Assembly: GCA_963702895.1 (NCBI GenBank)
Contig: OY969767.1
Span: 128,001 to 192,000 of the forward strand
Source: an uncultured Elusimicrobia bacterium
Lineage (GTDB): Bacteria > Elusimicrobiota > Elusimicrobia > 2-01-FULL-59-12
Direction of reading: 5' to 3'
DNA length: 64,000 nt
Part shown: positions 21,967 through 30,699 of the stretch, piece by piece
How positions within the stretch are numbered: the stretch's first letter is position 1
How the letters are laid out: each line of letters opens with the position of its first letter
Program-made: the position numbers and the translations under genes
Notes under the pieces: model-generated
What the model saw: the letters and a program-made list of their open reading frames with translations, nothing else
Told to the model about the DNA's origin: nothing
The model's database searches: none

Positions 21967-22899
21967 ATGGCCCGGGTCGCCGCAAAGCGGCGAACCTCGC
22001 CTTTCGGGCGGGCCGCGGCCGGCATGTGCTTATGGATGTGCTGCTGCGTTCCGGCGGCCCGCCCAGCCTATGGCGAGCTCAGCCCTCCGGCGGCCCGGGT
22101 CGCCGCGCTTGAGCGAACCTCGCCCTCCCGGCGGGCCGCGTCTGCGCCTCTGCCGCTCATTCAAATCAGCGTTGAGGTGGTGGAAGTGGACGAGCAAAAG
22201 GCGAGTCACTTAGGTATTGAGTGGCTGAGCCAGCTCCGCGTGGAGGAAACGTCGATTCCCTCCTTTCTTGGTGTTGGGACGTGGCAAAGAGGCAAGCTCT
22301 ATGCGGACCTCCACTTTCTGGAAGAAGCCGGAGCCGCGGACCTCTTGGCGAACCCCAAACTCGTGGCGCGGGATGGCGCGAGCGCGACCTTTCATGCCGG
22401 CGGCGAGATACCTTACGCCACCTCCTCCTCCGACAAGGCGGTGAGCGTCGAATTTAAACCGTATGGCGTCGCACTCCAAGTGAAGCCGCACGTCAACGAG
22501 GCGTCTCTCATCGAGCTCGCGGTGGAGGCCGAAGTCAGCAGTCCCGACACGCAAAGCGGCGTGAGCCTCTCCGGAAATGTCGTTCCTGGAATCCGTTCCC
22601 GTAAAGCCAGCACGCAACTGACGCTAGCCCCCGACACCACCCTCACCATGGCCGGGCTCCTCCAGAACGACAGGGAATGGAAAAGGGAAGGGGTGCCGGT
22701 GCTCATGCACATTCCCCTCCTCAAATATTTCTTCAGCCACAAAGTCAAAATCATGCGCAAGACGTCCATCGTGATTTTCGTGACCCCCAGGATTTTAGAT
22801 GGGCCCAAAGCTCCTGTGGCGTTACAGCAGCCGCAGGATCAGGAGTCGGACCTCTTGCGCATCGAACATGAGAAAGATATGGGGACCTTCCGTGGTTAA
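21967..22899 (+). CDS. Short secretin (RcpA/CpaC-like)
   Basis: LANPKLV, GGEIP, EFKPYGVALQVKP, GVPVLMHIPLL, IVIFVTPRI. Confidence 0.85.
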   Translation: MARVAAKRRTSPFGRAAAGMCLWMCCCVPAARPAYGELSPPAARVAALERTSPSRRAASAPLPLIQISVEVVEVDEQKASHLGIEWLSQLRVEETSIPSFLGVGTWQRGKLYADLHFLEEAGAADLLANPKLVARDGASATFHAGGEIPYATSSSDKAVSVEFKPYGVALQVKPHVNEASLIELAVEAEVSSPDTQSGVSLSGNVVPGIRSRKASTQLTLAPDTTLTMAGLLQNDREWKREGVPVLMHIPLLKYFFSHKVKIMRKTSIVIFVTPRILDGPKAPVALQQPQDQESDLLRIEHEKDMGTFRG

Positions 22900-23434
22900 C
22901 CGAAATTCAAAAAGTCGTCATCCCGGCGCGTCGTTAGCCGGGATCCATCATGATAGACCCCGGCTAACAATCCGCCGGGGTGACGGCCATGAGACTTGCG
23001 GAAGAGACACTCGGTTATCTTCGGGGCAGGCACTGGTCGAGGTCGCCCTCGTCTTGCCCTGCGTCTGCCTGGGGATCTTTATGGCACTGCAGCTTATCCT
23101 TTACTGCCACAACATGATCGAACTCCAGAGAATGGCCCAGGTCATGTCAGACCGACAAAGCTATAGCGCGACAAAGTCTGTGCGGGACTACTCGAGGTTC
23201 CACGCGCTTTGGGGAAAGGTGGGATTGGGAAAGCTGAGAGTCGAACATTGGCAGCCCCGTCCCTGGAGGCCGTTCCGGGGGATCTCCACCGTCCAGCATC
23301 CCGGCCTGTTTTACCGTGTTCAGGTAGGAGCGACGCTTTTCCCCGGCCATGGTTTCAGCCGGGTCTTGGGATGGGCCAGCAAGACAGGATACGCCGAGGG
23401 CTATCTTGAGCCTCCCCTGCCCCAAGAGAGCTGA
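22892..23434 (+). CDS. TadE-like pseudopilin with a REP-B in-frame in its leader
   Basis: G|QALVEVALVLP motif; no in-frame start between the REP and this motif, GTG 22892 overlaps the secretin stop. Confidence 0.75.
   Translation: MVNRNSKSRHPGASLAGIHHDRPRLTIRRGDGHETCGRDTRLSSGQALVEVALVLPCVCLGIFMALQLILYCHNMIELQRMAQVMSDRQSYSATKSVRDYSRFHALWGKVGLGKLRVEHWQPRPWRPFRGISTVQHPGLFYRVQVGATLFPGHGFSRVLGWASKTGYAEGYLEPPLPQES
22917..22984. repeat. REP-B doublet (intragenic)
   Basis: GTCATCCCGG..CCGGGATCCAT CATG ATAGACCCCGG..CCGGGGTGAC. Confidence 0.9.
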
Positions 23435-23436
23435 CC

Positions 23437-24174
23437 ATGCGTTACGGGAATGATCGCGGGCAGCTCCTCTTTCCGGTTCTGGGTGTTCTTTTCTTCTTTG
23501 GCATGTTCTGGGTGGCCTATGTTCTTTGGTGCAGGCAGCTCTACATCAAAATGCGCGTGGACGCGGTGGCTGATCTGGTCGCCTTGAGCGCCGCCAGGCA
23601 ACAAGCCCAGATGCTCAATGAGATCGGCACCCTCCAAATGCTGGAGAACATGCTTCTTCCGGAGATCAAGGGGTACGGGATCATGCCAATCAATTCGAAA
23701 TCGAGCTTTGAGGGGCTCAATGGAGTCCTCCGGTACACCAAAAAGAGCTACGGGCCGCGCGTGCTGGCCGTCGCGAACAGCATCGCGCGGCACAATGGAG
23801 GCGCTCGCGCTCTGCCTTCTCCCTATGGGGCGTCGCTCGCCGAGCTCGTCGATCCACGCCTGGGCCCGGAGCCCGTGATCGTGGTTTATTTCGCGGGCAG
23901 CTGGCCTGTGGAGGCGAAATATTATGAGGAAGCCTTCTATGCCCGGCAGTGGTCCCCCGGCAAGCTCAAGGCACAGCCGGATCATAAGAGCGACTGGCTG
24001 GTTTGTCTGGACAAGATCTGCAGCGAGGCTCGGGCGCGCTTGTGGCTCGACGTGGATGAACGCTCGGCGCTTCATAACGGCGGGTTCCCAAGCCGGCAAG
24101 CTTCCTGGCTGAGGAAGATCGGAATCCAGTGCTTTTACCCCCAATTCAACGCGCGGTTATGGCCAAAGCGATGA
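23437..24174 (+). CDS. TadG-like pilus assembly protein
   Basis: RG|QLL hydrophobic N-terminus, ADLVALSAA motif; Tad operon context. Confidence 0.65.
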   Translation: MRYGNDRGQLLFPVLGVLFFFGMFWVAYVLWCRQLYIKMRVDAVADLVALSAARQQAQMLNEIGTLQMLENMLLPEIKGYGIMPINSKSSFEGLNGVLRYTKKSYGPRVLAVANSIARHNGGARALPSPYGASLAELVDPRLGPEPVIVVYFAGSWPVEAKYYEEAFYARQWSPGKLKAQPDHKSDWLVCLDKICSEARARLWLDVDERSALHNGGFPSRQASWLRKIGIQCFYPQFNARLWPKR

Positions 24175-24307
24175 TGAACCGGGAGTCTTCTGTCGGGCCG
24201 GTTTTGTCGTCTGTGGTCAGTGTTCTAGTTTGTGCCGTCATCCCGGCGGACGCCGGGATCCATCATTTTTGTCGAACAATGATAGACCCCGGCTTTCGCC
24301 TATTAGA

Positions 24308-24486
24308 CTTTTCTCGAGTCTTTGTAGACTCTAGAAGAAGACACCGACAAGAATGGAATAAGTCTAACTTTCGCCAAGGTGAAAACCATACCCCGGTAAA
24401 GACCCCATTCTTTCGTGATCCAAAGCTAGATAGAAGTGATGTCATAAAAACCCTTAATAGGCAAAGCTCGCATCACGAATGTCGGC
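24308..24486 (+). ncRNA. Putative bridge RNA of IS110-B (ends approximate)
   Basis: 5' hairpin GAGTCT/AGACTC; stems AAGAATGG/CCATTCTT, TTCGTGAT/ATCACGAA, CCGACA/TGTCGG; guides CTTTCGCC, ACCCCGG, ATAGAAGT, TAATAG. Confidence 0.82.
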
Positions 24487-24505
24487 ACTTACAAAAAGGA
24501 GCCTT

Positions 24506-25531
24506 ATGAACCCACCTCTCCATTACATAGGCGTTGATATCGCCGATCAAACCTTCAGCGCAACACATTACAGCTCAGCCGAACAAAAGTATTCCAAACA
24601 TCAGACGCTCGCCAATACACCCGCCGGCTTTGAGGAATTCGAAGCCTGGTTTAAGAAACGCGGAGTCGATTCCACCAATACCGTGGTCTGCATGGAAGCC
24701 ACCGGTGTTTATGCGGAGCAGCTCTGCTACTGGCTCTGTGCCAAAGGCTATCCGGTGTCGGTGGAGGCGCCGCATAAAACCAAACGCGCCTTTCACCCCC
24801 TGGGAGCCAAAAGCGACCCCATCGATAGCCGCCAGCTCGCCGAATATGCCTGGCGCTTTTTCGATCAACTCGCGTTCTGGAAACCCTCGGAAGCCTTGAT
24901 CGAACAAGTCCGTGTTCTTCTGACGACGCGCGAGCAGCTGACCGGCCAGATGACCGCCAATCAAAATGCCTTGTCGGCCATCAGCCGGAAAGTCGTTCGC
25001 ACGATCCTCGCCGAACAAAGCTTCCTGGACACCATCCGCCATCTCAAAGAACAGATCAAAAAAATCGATCAGGCCTTGGATCAACTGATCTCAAACCACC
25101 CCACCATTGGCCCCATGGTGAGCTTGCTGCTCACCATCCCTGGGGTGGGCCGACTCTTGACGGCCCATTTGATGGTCATCAGCCAAGGCTTTACGCGATC
25201 CCTGGAACCCCGCCGCATCGCCTCGTATTTGGGCATGTGCCCACTCGAACACTCCAGCGGAACTTCCGTGCGCAAGAATGCAAGCTCTCGCGGGATCGGT
25301 CCGGACATCATCCGCAAGCTATTGCACCTGGCAGCCCGATCCCTTCGCACACATCATCAGCAGTTCAGGCACTACTTTGAAAGAAAAGTACAAGCCGGAA
25401 AAGCCAAACGCTTGGCGCTCAACAACATTGCCAACAAACTCTTGCGCATTATCTGTGCCGTACTGCGCACAAAGTCACCGTATCTTGCTGACTATAGGTC
25501 AGTCAATCCTCGGATCCTAAAAAATGCTTGA
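24506..25531 (+). CDS. IS110-family DEDD transposase/recombinase (unrelated to element A)
   Basis: GVDIAD, MEATG, KSDPIDS, PGVG, HSSG; AAGGAG RBS. Confidence 0.95.
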   Translation: MNPPLHYIGVDIADQTFSATHYSSAEQKYSKHQTLANTPAGFEEFEAWFKKRGVDSTNTVVCMEATGVYAEQLCYWLCAKGYPVSVEAPHKTKRAFHPLGAKSDPIDSRQLAEYAWRFFDQLAFWKPSEALIEQVRVLLTTREQLTGQMTANQNALSAISRKVVRTILAEQSFLDTIRHLKEQIKKIDQALDQLISNHPTIGPMVSLLLTIPGVGRLLTAHLMVISQGFTRSLEPRRIASYLGMCPLEHSSGTSVRKNASSRGIGPDIIRKLLHLAARSLRTHHQQFRHYFERKVQAGKAKRLALNNIANKLLRIICAVLRTKSPYLADYRSVNPRILKNA

Positions 25532-25574
25532 CCGAGGTCATAGAAATCGGGGTGACGTCAATAGAAGATTTCGG

Positions 25575-26018
25575 ATGAATGCTCGCGGGCAGGCGCTTAT
25601 CGAAGCCGCGGCCTTGTTCCTGGCGCTGTCGGTCCTCTTGGGCGGGCTTGCCGGCTTCACTCAGTGGTTTGCCATCAGGCAAAAGCTGCTCCTGGCGGCC
25701 AAAGAGGGAGCCCTGCTCTACAGCTCCGGACATTGGCGGAGAACGGAAGTGGAAGCGCGCATGCGTAATTTTTTGGTCACGGGCGCCCCTGCCTTGAACC
25801 CGCGGGGGATCACCGTTTCGCTGCGCCCCTTGTCCGGTTTCATGGCCTGGCTCGGGCAATTTGACGAGTGCGTCGTGACCTACGCTCCTCCTGGGGGCTG
25901 GCACGCCCTGCTTGGCGCCGGCCGCTCCGTGTCCGAACGTTTTGTGGTGAAGCACGCGCCTCCCTATTGGTCCTCCCACGCGTCACGGGCAGGCCCGGCG
26001 GTCCGCTATGGCGAATAA
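25575..26018 (+). CDS. TadE-like pseudopilin (original start probably 24171, separated by IS110-B)
   Basis: RG|QALIE motif, AAKEGA; in frame with 24171-24300 once the IS is removed. Confidence 0.75.
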   Translation: MNARGQALIEAAALFLALSVLLGGLAGFTQWFAIRQKLLLAAKEGALLYSSGHWRRTEVEARMRNFLVTGAPALNPRGITVSLRPLSGFMAWLGQFDECVVTYAPPGGWHALLGAGRSVSERFVVKHAPPYWSSHASRAGPAVRYGE

Positions 26019-26772
26019 ACGGCTTCTCGTGCGTATCGGTCTGGCGACAGCGATACTCGTCGCGGGCGCCAGTCTCATGAGGGATGCCGTTCCTCGCTTC
26101 TGGCGCCCCTCAAGCTCTGATCCGGGAGACATCACCTTGGTCCTGGTGGCAGACCATTACATCCCCGCCTTCACCCCGCTTCGCACGGTCCATGTCCGTG
26201 CCCAGGAATACCCTAAGGCACTTGTGCCGCCGGGCGCGCTGCGCGACCGGCAGGAACTTCACAATGAAAATGGTCAGACGCGTTTCACGTCGGCCATCGC
26301 GATACCGGAGCATCACCCCATCACCCGGGCGATGCTCTCGGACGCCTCCAGGGAAGACGGCTTGGGATCATTTCTCTGGCCGGGCAAAGTCGCCGTATCT
26401 TTTGAAATCGACCGTGCCCACGGGGTGGGCGGCTGGATCAGGCCCGGGGACACGGTCGCCCTGTTCAGGTCGAGCCGCGTGCTCCTGGACGGGGCTCGAC
26501 CTGTGAAAGAGGGCTCACGGCTTCTCTTTCCTTCATTATTTGTGATTGCCGTGGACCGCGAGCGCGTGGGACAGAACCGGGAGAAGGCGCCGGAGGCCTC
26601 CGCGGAACCGTTCGGCGCCTCCATGGGAGCTCTCCCGCAAGAGTCCAGTGTCCTGACGGTTCTGGCCAACCCCGCGGAGGCCTCCGGCCTTATCGCGGCG
26701 CGCGAGGAGGGGGCGATCAGCGTGGCGCTGCGGGCGCCCGGAGATGAGGTGCCATGGCGCGAGGGAAGATAA
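26008..26772 (+). CDS. cpaB: Flp pilus assembly protein CpaB/RcpC
   Basis: SAF-like VLVADHYIPAFT, GVGGWIRPGDTV, ISVALR. Confidence 0.85.
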   Translation: MANKRLLVRIGLATAILVAGASLMRDAVPRFWRPSSSDPGDITLVLVADHYIPAFTPLRTVHVRAQEYPKALVPPGALRDRQELHNENGQTRFTSAIAIPEHHPITRAMLSDASREDGLGSFLWPGKVAVSFEIDRAHGVGGWIRPGDTVALFRSSRVLLDGARPVKEGSRLLFPSLFVIAVDRERVGQNREKAPEASAEPFGASMGALPQESSVLTVLANPAEASGLIAAREEGAISVALRAPGDEVPWREGR

Positions 26773-28535
26773 TACCGATATGGTCAGACCTCCCGGACCA
26801 GGAGCGACGAAACTTCGCTCAGGCGCTCGCGGGTGTTTTCCATGAAGAGCATCAGGACGTTCTGCTCGTGGACTGTGGGCATCCCGAACCACATCCCGAT
26901 CCGGCGGAGTGGGCACCTAAGTTCAAGGCCCTTGCGCCGGCACTCCTGCGCAACTATCTGGAAGCCGGGGACCACAAGGGAGGCTGCTTAAAGCTGTCAC
27001 ACCTTCCGGGGAAAGTTCAAGGCCTTGAACTTTTTGAGCTTCTGGCGCGCGCCTACGACTGGGTGTTGGTCTTGGCGCCTGCGGGTGCGGCCTCCCAGGC
27101 GGGCCCGCTTTTTGAGGCTGCCAGCTTTGTGGTCTGGCTCGGACAGGCCGGTCCTGACCTCGCCTCGCGCTATGAAGCGTTTCTGGGCCGTCTATCGCCC
27201 TCGCATTTCCCCCATGCGTACGTTCTTCCCGTGGAAGGGCCTGACCGGAGCATAGGCTCTCATCCAAATGAAGCGTGCCTTAAGGAGTTGGCCCGAAGAC
27301 TGGAAGATCAGCCTGGTGTCGCCAGGCCCAAAGGGGATTCGCCCTTGACCGGCGCGCCCTCGCCGGACCAGGCTGTGGATCAACTCAAAGCGCGAGCGCA
27401 GCCGGAGCTCATGAAGACCCTCGAGGATACAACAACCCTGGAAGCTGACACGGCACGGAAGACCATCGAGCTCTGCCTTGCCAGGGACGCCTCCCTGCCG
27501 GCTTCGCCCGCTCAAAGGGGGATGATCCTCGAACTCGTCATGCAGGACGTCCTGGGTCTTGGGCCGCTCGATCCCTTGCTCAAGGACCCGGAGGTTTCCG
27601 AGGTGATGGTGAATGGCCCGGAGCGCGTCTACGTTGAAAAGAAAGGGAGGCTTGTGCCGACCGATGCCCGCTTCTCATCGGACAAGCAGCTGCGCACGGT
27701 GATTGACCGGATTGTGGCTCCCATCGGGCGCCGCGTGGATGAGAGCATGCCGCTCTGCGACGCGCGGCTCGCGGACGGCTCCCGGGTGAACATCGTTCTT
27801 CCGCCGCTCTCACTCGACGGGCCGACCTTGACCATCCGGAAGTTCTCGGCGCGCGCGCTGGGCCTCGCGGAGCTCGAGCGCCTGGGATCGCTGAGCCCCG
27901 CGATGGCCGATTTCCTTTTGCGCGCGGTGCGCGCGCGCCGCAACATCGTGGTCTCGGGCGGAACCGGCAGCGGAAAGACCACGCTCCTGAATGCCCTCTC
28001 GGGTGCCATCCCGGACGAGGAGCGGATCGTCACCATCGAAGACGCCGCCGAGCTCAAGCTCCAGAAGCCCCATGTGGTGCGTCTGGAGAGCCGGCCTCCC
28101 AACGCCGAAGGGGAAGGCGCGATTCCCATCCGGCGCCTTGTGATCAACGCCCTGCGCATGCGGCCGGACCGGATTGTCGTGGGGGAATGCCGCGGCGGGG
28201 AGGCGCTCGATATGCTGCAGGCCATGAACACGGGGCACGACGGCTCCATGACCACCCTGCACGCCAATTCGCCCCGGGACGCTCTGGGGCGGCTCGAGAC
28301 CCTCGTGCTCATGGCCGGGCTTGACTTGCCGGTCCGGGTCGTGCGCGAACAGATCCGGAGTGCCATCCACCTCCTTGTCCAGCAGGCCAGGCTTGCGGAT
28401 GGCTCACGGAAGGTCACCTCGATCACGGAAGTTACGGGCATGGAAGGGGAGGTGCTCACCACCCAGGAGCTCTACGGCTTCAAGTCGGGCTGCTTTGAGG
28501 CGACGGGCGTCGTCTCCGGAATGGTGCCGTCATGA
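26754..28535 (+). CDS. cpaF: CpaF/TadA assembly ATPase with an N-terminal degenerate CpaE/TadZ-like extension
   Basis: GGTGSGKTT, TIEDAAEL, LRMRPDRIVVGECRG, MNTGHDGS. Confidence 0.92.
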   Translation: MARGKIIPIWSDLPDQERRNFAQALAGVFHEEHQDVLLVDCGHPEPHPDPAEWAPKFKALAPALLRNYLEAGDHKGGCLKLSHLPGKVQGLELFELLARAYDWVLVLAPAGAASQAGPLFEAASFVVWLGQAGPDLASRYEAFLGRLSPSHFPHAYVLPVEGPDRSIGSHPNEACLKELARRLEDQPGVARPKGDSPLTGAPSPDQAVDQLKARAQPELMKTLEDTTTLEADTARKTIELCLARDASLPASPAQRGMILELVMQDVLGLGPLDPLLKDPEVSEVMVNGPERVYVEKKGRLVPTDARFSSDKQLRTVIDRIVAPIGRRVDESMPLCDARLADGSRVNIVLPPLSLDGPTLTIRKFSARALGLAELERLGSLSPAMADFLLRAVRARRNIVVSGGTGSGKTTLLNALSGAIPDEERIVTIEDAAELKLQKPHVVRLESRPPNAEGEGAIPIRRLVINALRMRPDRIVVGECRGGEALDMLQAMNTGHDGSMTTLHANSPRDALGRLETLVLMAGLDLPVRVVREQIRSAIHLLVQQARLADGSRKVTSITEVTGMEGEVLTTQELYGFKSGCFEATGVVSGMVPS

Positions 28536-29155
28536 TCATTTTGGCCGCGCTCGGAATGATCAGTCTCCTGATTCCATCCCTATTGAAGAAGATGCGGACA
28601 GAACAGCGGCGGCTCCTCCTGGCGAGCCAGCTCCACCAGGCGCTGGAGAACATGGTCCACGCGCTGCGCACAGGCCTCGGGCTCCAGCAGGCGCTCGAAG
28701 CCGCGGCGAGGGAGGGCGACCAGCCGCTTGCCGGCGAGTGGCAATCTCTGCTGAAGTCCGTCCGGCTGGGCGCGCCCTGGCCGGAAGCGCTGGATCAACT
28801 GGGCAAGCGGGTCGATCTTGCGGAGATGAAGTGGTTTGTGACCGCCGTTGGGATCACGCGCCAGACCGGAGGGCCGCTCACCCAGGTCCTTGAGACTTTG
28901 GCGGACACCCTGGAGGAGCGGCTCGTGCTGCGAGAGAAGATCAAGGCCCTGACCGCTCAAGGGAAAGCGTCCGGGGCCGTGCTCGCCGCGCTACCCTTCC
29001 TGATTCTGGGCGCCTTGCGGCTGCTTGTGCCGGAGCTCGTCCGCCCGATGTTCATGACCGCTACGGGACAGCTTCTGGTCGCCGGCGTCATCGTGTCGGT
29101 GGCGGTGGGGGGGCTGATCATGTGGAAAATCGTTCACATCCGGGTAGAGTCATGA
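28532..29155 (+). CDS. tadB: TadB (T2SS F domain) membrane protein
   Basis: LRTGLGL, QTGGPL, ALTAQG; ATGA overlap with cpaF. Confidence 0.85.
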   Translation: MIILAALGMISLLIPSLLKKMRTEQRRLLLASQLHQALENMVHALRTGLGLQQALEAAAREGDQPLAGEWQSLLKSVRLGAPWPEALDQLGKRVDLAEMKWFVTAVGITRQTGGPLTQVLETLADTLEERLVLREKIKALTAQGKASGAVLAALPFLILGALRLLVPELVRPMFMTATGQLLVAGVIVSVAVGGLIMWKIVHIRVES

Positions 29156-29817
29156 AGCATTTGTGGGATCTAGCGCTAATCCGAATCGCTCAATTGAGAC
29201 GTCACCCCGGTGAAAACCGGGGTCCAGAAGCCGACAGATCATGGATCCCGGCTTTCGCCGGGATGACGGAACGAAAAAATCCCGAAATTTCAGTCGACAA
29301 GCCACGTTTAGCTACACTTTTTCGGCTGTGCGTGTGCCGGAAATGGAGAGAGAAGAAAAGAAACGAGGATATCCTCGTGATGCTTCCGGAGGCGCTCGAC
29401 CTCATGACTGTGGTGATCCAGGCGGGGCTCGACTTCCAGGTGGCCCTGGCGAGGTATCTCGAGTTCTCAGCGGGAGGCGCACTGCGCGAGGAATTCGCGA
29501 AGGTCCAGCGGGCGCTCCAAACGGGCTCCTCACGCGCTGACGCCCTGCGGGCCCTGGCGGCCGGCGCCTCGTGCCCGGAGTTGCGGCAAACCGCCAAAGC
29601 CGTGCTCCAGGCCATGGAGTTGGGGTCCGGCCTCACGCCCATCCTTCGGGCACAGTCGCGGCTTCTTCGAAAGAAGCGGGCCCTGGCGGCCGAAAAGACG
29701 GCGGCCCTGGCGCCGCTCAAGCTCCTGTTCCCCTTGTTTGTCTTTATCTTCCCGACGATCTTTGTGGTGCTCTTCGGGCCCGTCGTGCTTGCCGTGATGA
29801 AGGGAAGCACGGGATGA
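29152..29817 (+). CDS. tadC: TadC (T2SS F domain) with a REP-B in-frame near the N-terminus
   Basis: LPEALDL, AGLDF, KLLFPLFVFIFP; ATGA overlap with tadB. Confidence 0.82.
   Translation: MKHLWDLALIRIAQLRRHPGENRGPEADRSWIPAFAGMTERKNPEISVDKPRLATLFRLCVCRKWREKKRNEDILVMLPEALDLMTVVIQAGLDFQVALARYLEFSAGGALREEFAKVQRALQTGSSRADALRALAAGASCPELRQTAKAVLQAMELGSGLTPILRAQSRLLRKKRALAAEKTAALAPLKLLFPLFVFIFPTIFVVLFGPVVLAVMKGSTG
29201..29267. repeat. REP-B doublet (intragenic, encodes ..WIPAFAGMT..)
   Basis: GTCACCCCGGTGAAAACCGGGGTC..GGATCCCGGCTTTCGCCGGGATGAC. Confidence 0.9.
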
Positions 29818-30668
29818 AAGCCGGCCGGAGCATCCGTCTTGGCGTCTTCATCTGTCTGGGCGTCGCGTTCCTGGTTGTTCTTCACCTTTCCCAGGTGAAG
29901 GCGGGGCTCCTGCAGCTGGAACAGGCGGCCGCGAGGCAGCTGGCGGGAGGCTTCATGCCGCTCCTCACGAAAGCGCATCAGAATCAGGACGACCTTTCGA
30001 TCACGGAACTGCTGAATGCTCTTTCAAAGGCGCCTGGTGTTCAAAGCGCTCGTGTCCTGGAGGGAGGGGCAAAGATCATAAGGGATCCTCCCCGCTACGC
30101 CTTTGCGCTCAAAGGCCGTGACCGGACCTGGGGAAACCTCGAGCTTTGCATATCGGCCCACACCCGAAAAAAGATGGTGCAAAAGCAGCTCCTCGTGAGC
30201 CTCATCCTCTATGGGCTTCTGGGGGGAGCCCTTTATGGGTATCTCGAGCGATCGGACATCCATCGATCGCGATGGGAGGGCAAACGGACGGAGCTCGAGG
30301 CTCAGCGGGCGAAGGAGACGCGCCTTCGAGAAGCCGCGGAAGGCCTGGCCAGGCAGGCAAGCCTGCGCACGAGCGCTGTCCTGCGGGACGTCGTGGCGTT
30401 GATCGAAAAGCCCGTGATCCTTCTGGATGAGCGGCAACGCGTGGCGGCAATGAGCCGCCCGGCTCTTGAGCTCATGCGCCAAGCTTCACTTGAGTCCATG
30501 TTGAACAAGTCCTGGCTTGAGGCGCCACTCCTCGGCGAATGCGGGAAAGCGATTGAGGACGCCCTACGGGACCCGCGCAGCACACAGTCGGTCCCCGTGA
30601 TGCCGGGAGGCTTGACGCTCAGGCTGAGGGCCATCGGTGATGATTGGGTGGAAATAAGGATAGAATAG
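29814..30668 (+). CDS. Membrane protein: two TM helices, coiled coil, PAS-like C-terminus
   Basis: Hydrophobic segments; PVILLDERQRVAAMSRPA PAS-like motif; ATGA overlap with tadC. Confidence 0.6.
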   Translation: MKAGRSIRLGVFICLGVAFLVVLHLSQVKAGLLQLEQAAARQLAGGFMPLLTKAHQNQDDLSITELLNALSKAPGVQSARVLEGGAKIIRDPPRYAFALKGRDRTWGNLELCISAHTRKKMVQKQLLVSLILYGLLGGALYGYLERSDIHRSRWEGKRTELEAQRAKETRLREAAEGLARQASLRTSAVLRDVVALIEKPVILLDERQRVAAMSRPALELMRQASLESMLNKSWLEAPLLGECGKAIEDALRDPRSTQSVPVMPGGLTLRLRAIGDDWVEIRIE

Positions 30669-30699
30669 AGCCATTCGTTATCTTTTGAAGGAGGCTGCG

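Larger units (their letters stand above)
24301..25548 (+). mobile_element. IS110-family element B (about 1248 bp)
   Basis: Boundaries inferred from the interrupted REP-B: CTTTCGCC|TATTAG...ATAGAAATC|GGGGTGAC. Confidence 0.88.
24237..25556. repeat. REP-B doublet split by IS110-B: left part 24237-24300, right part 25549-25556
   Basis: Removing the IS rebuilds ATAGACCCCGGCTTTCGCCGGGGTGAC. Confidence 0.9.
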
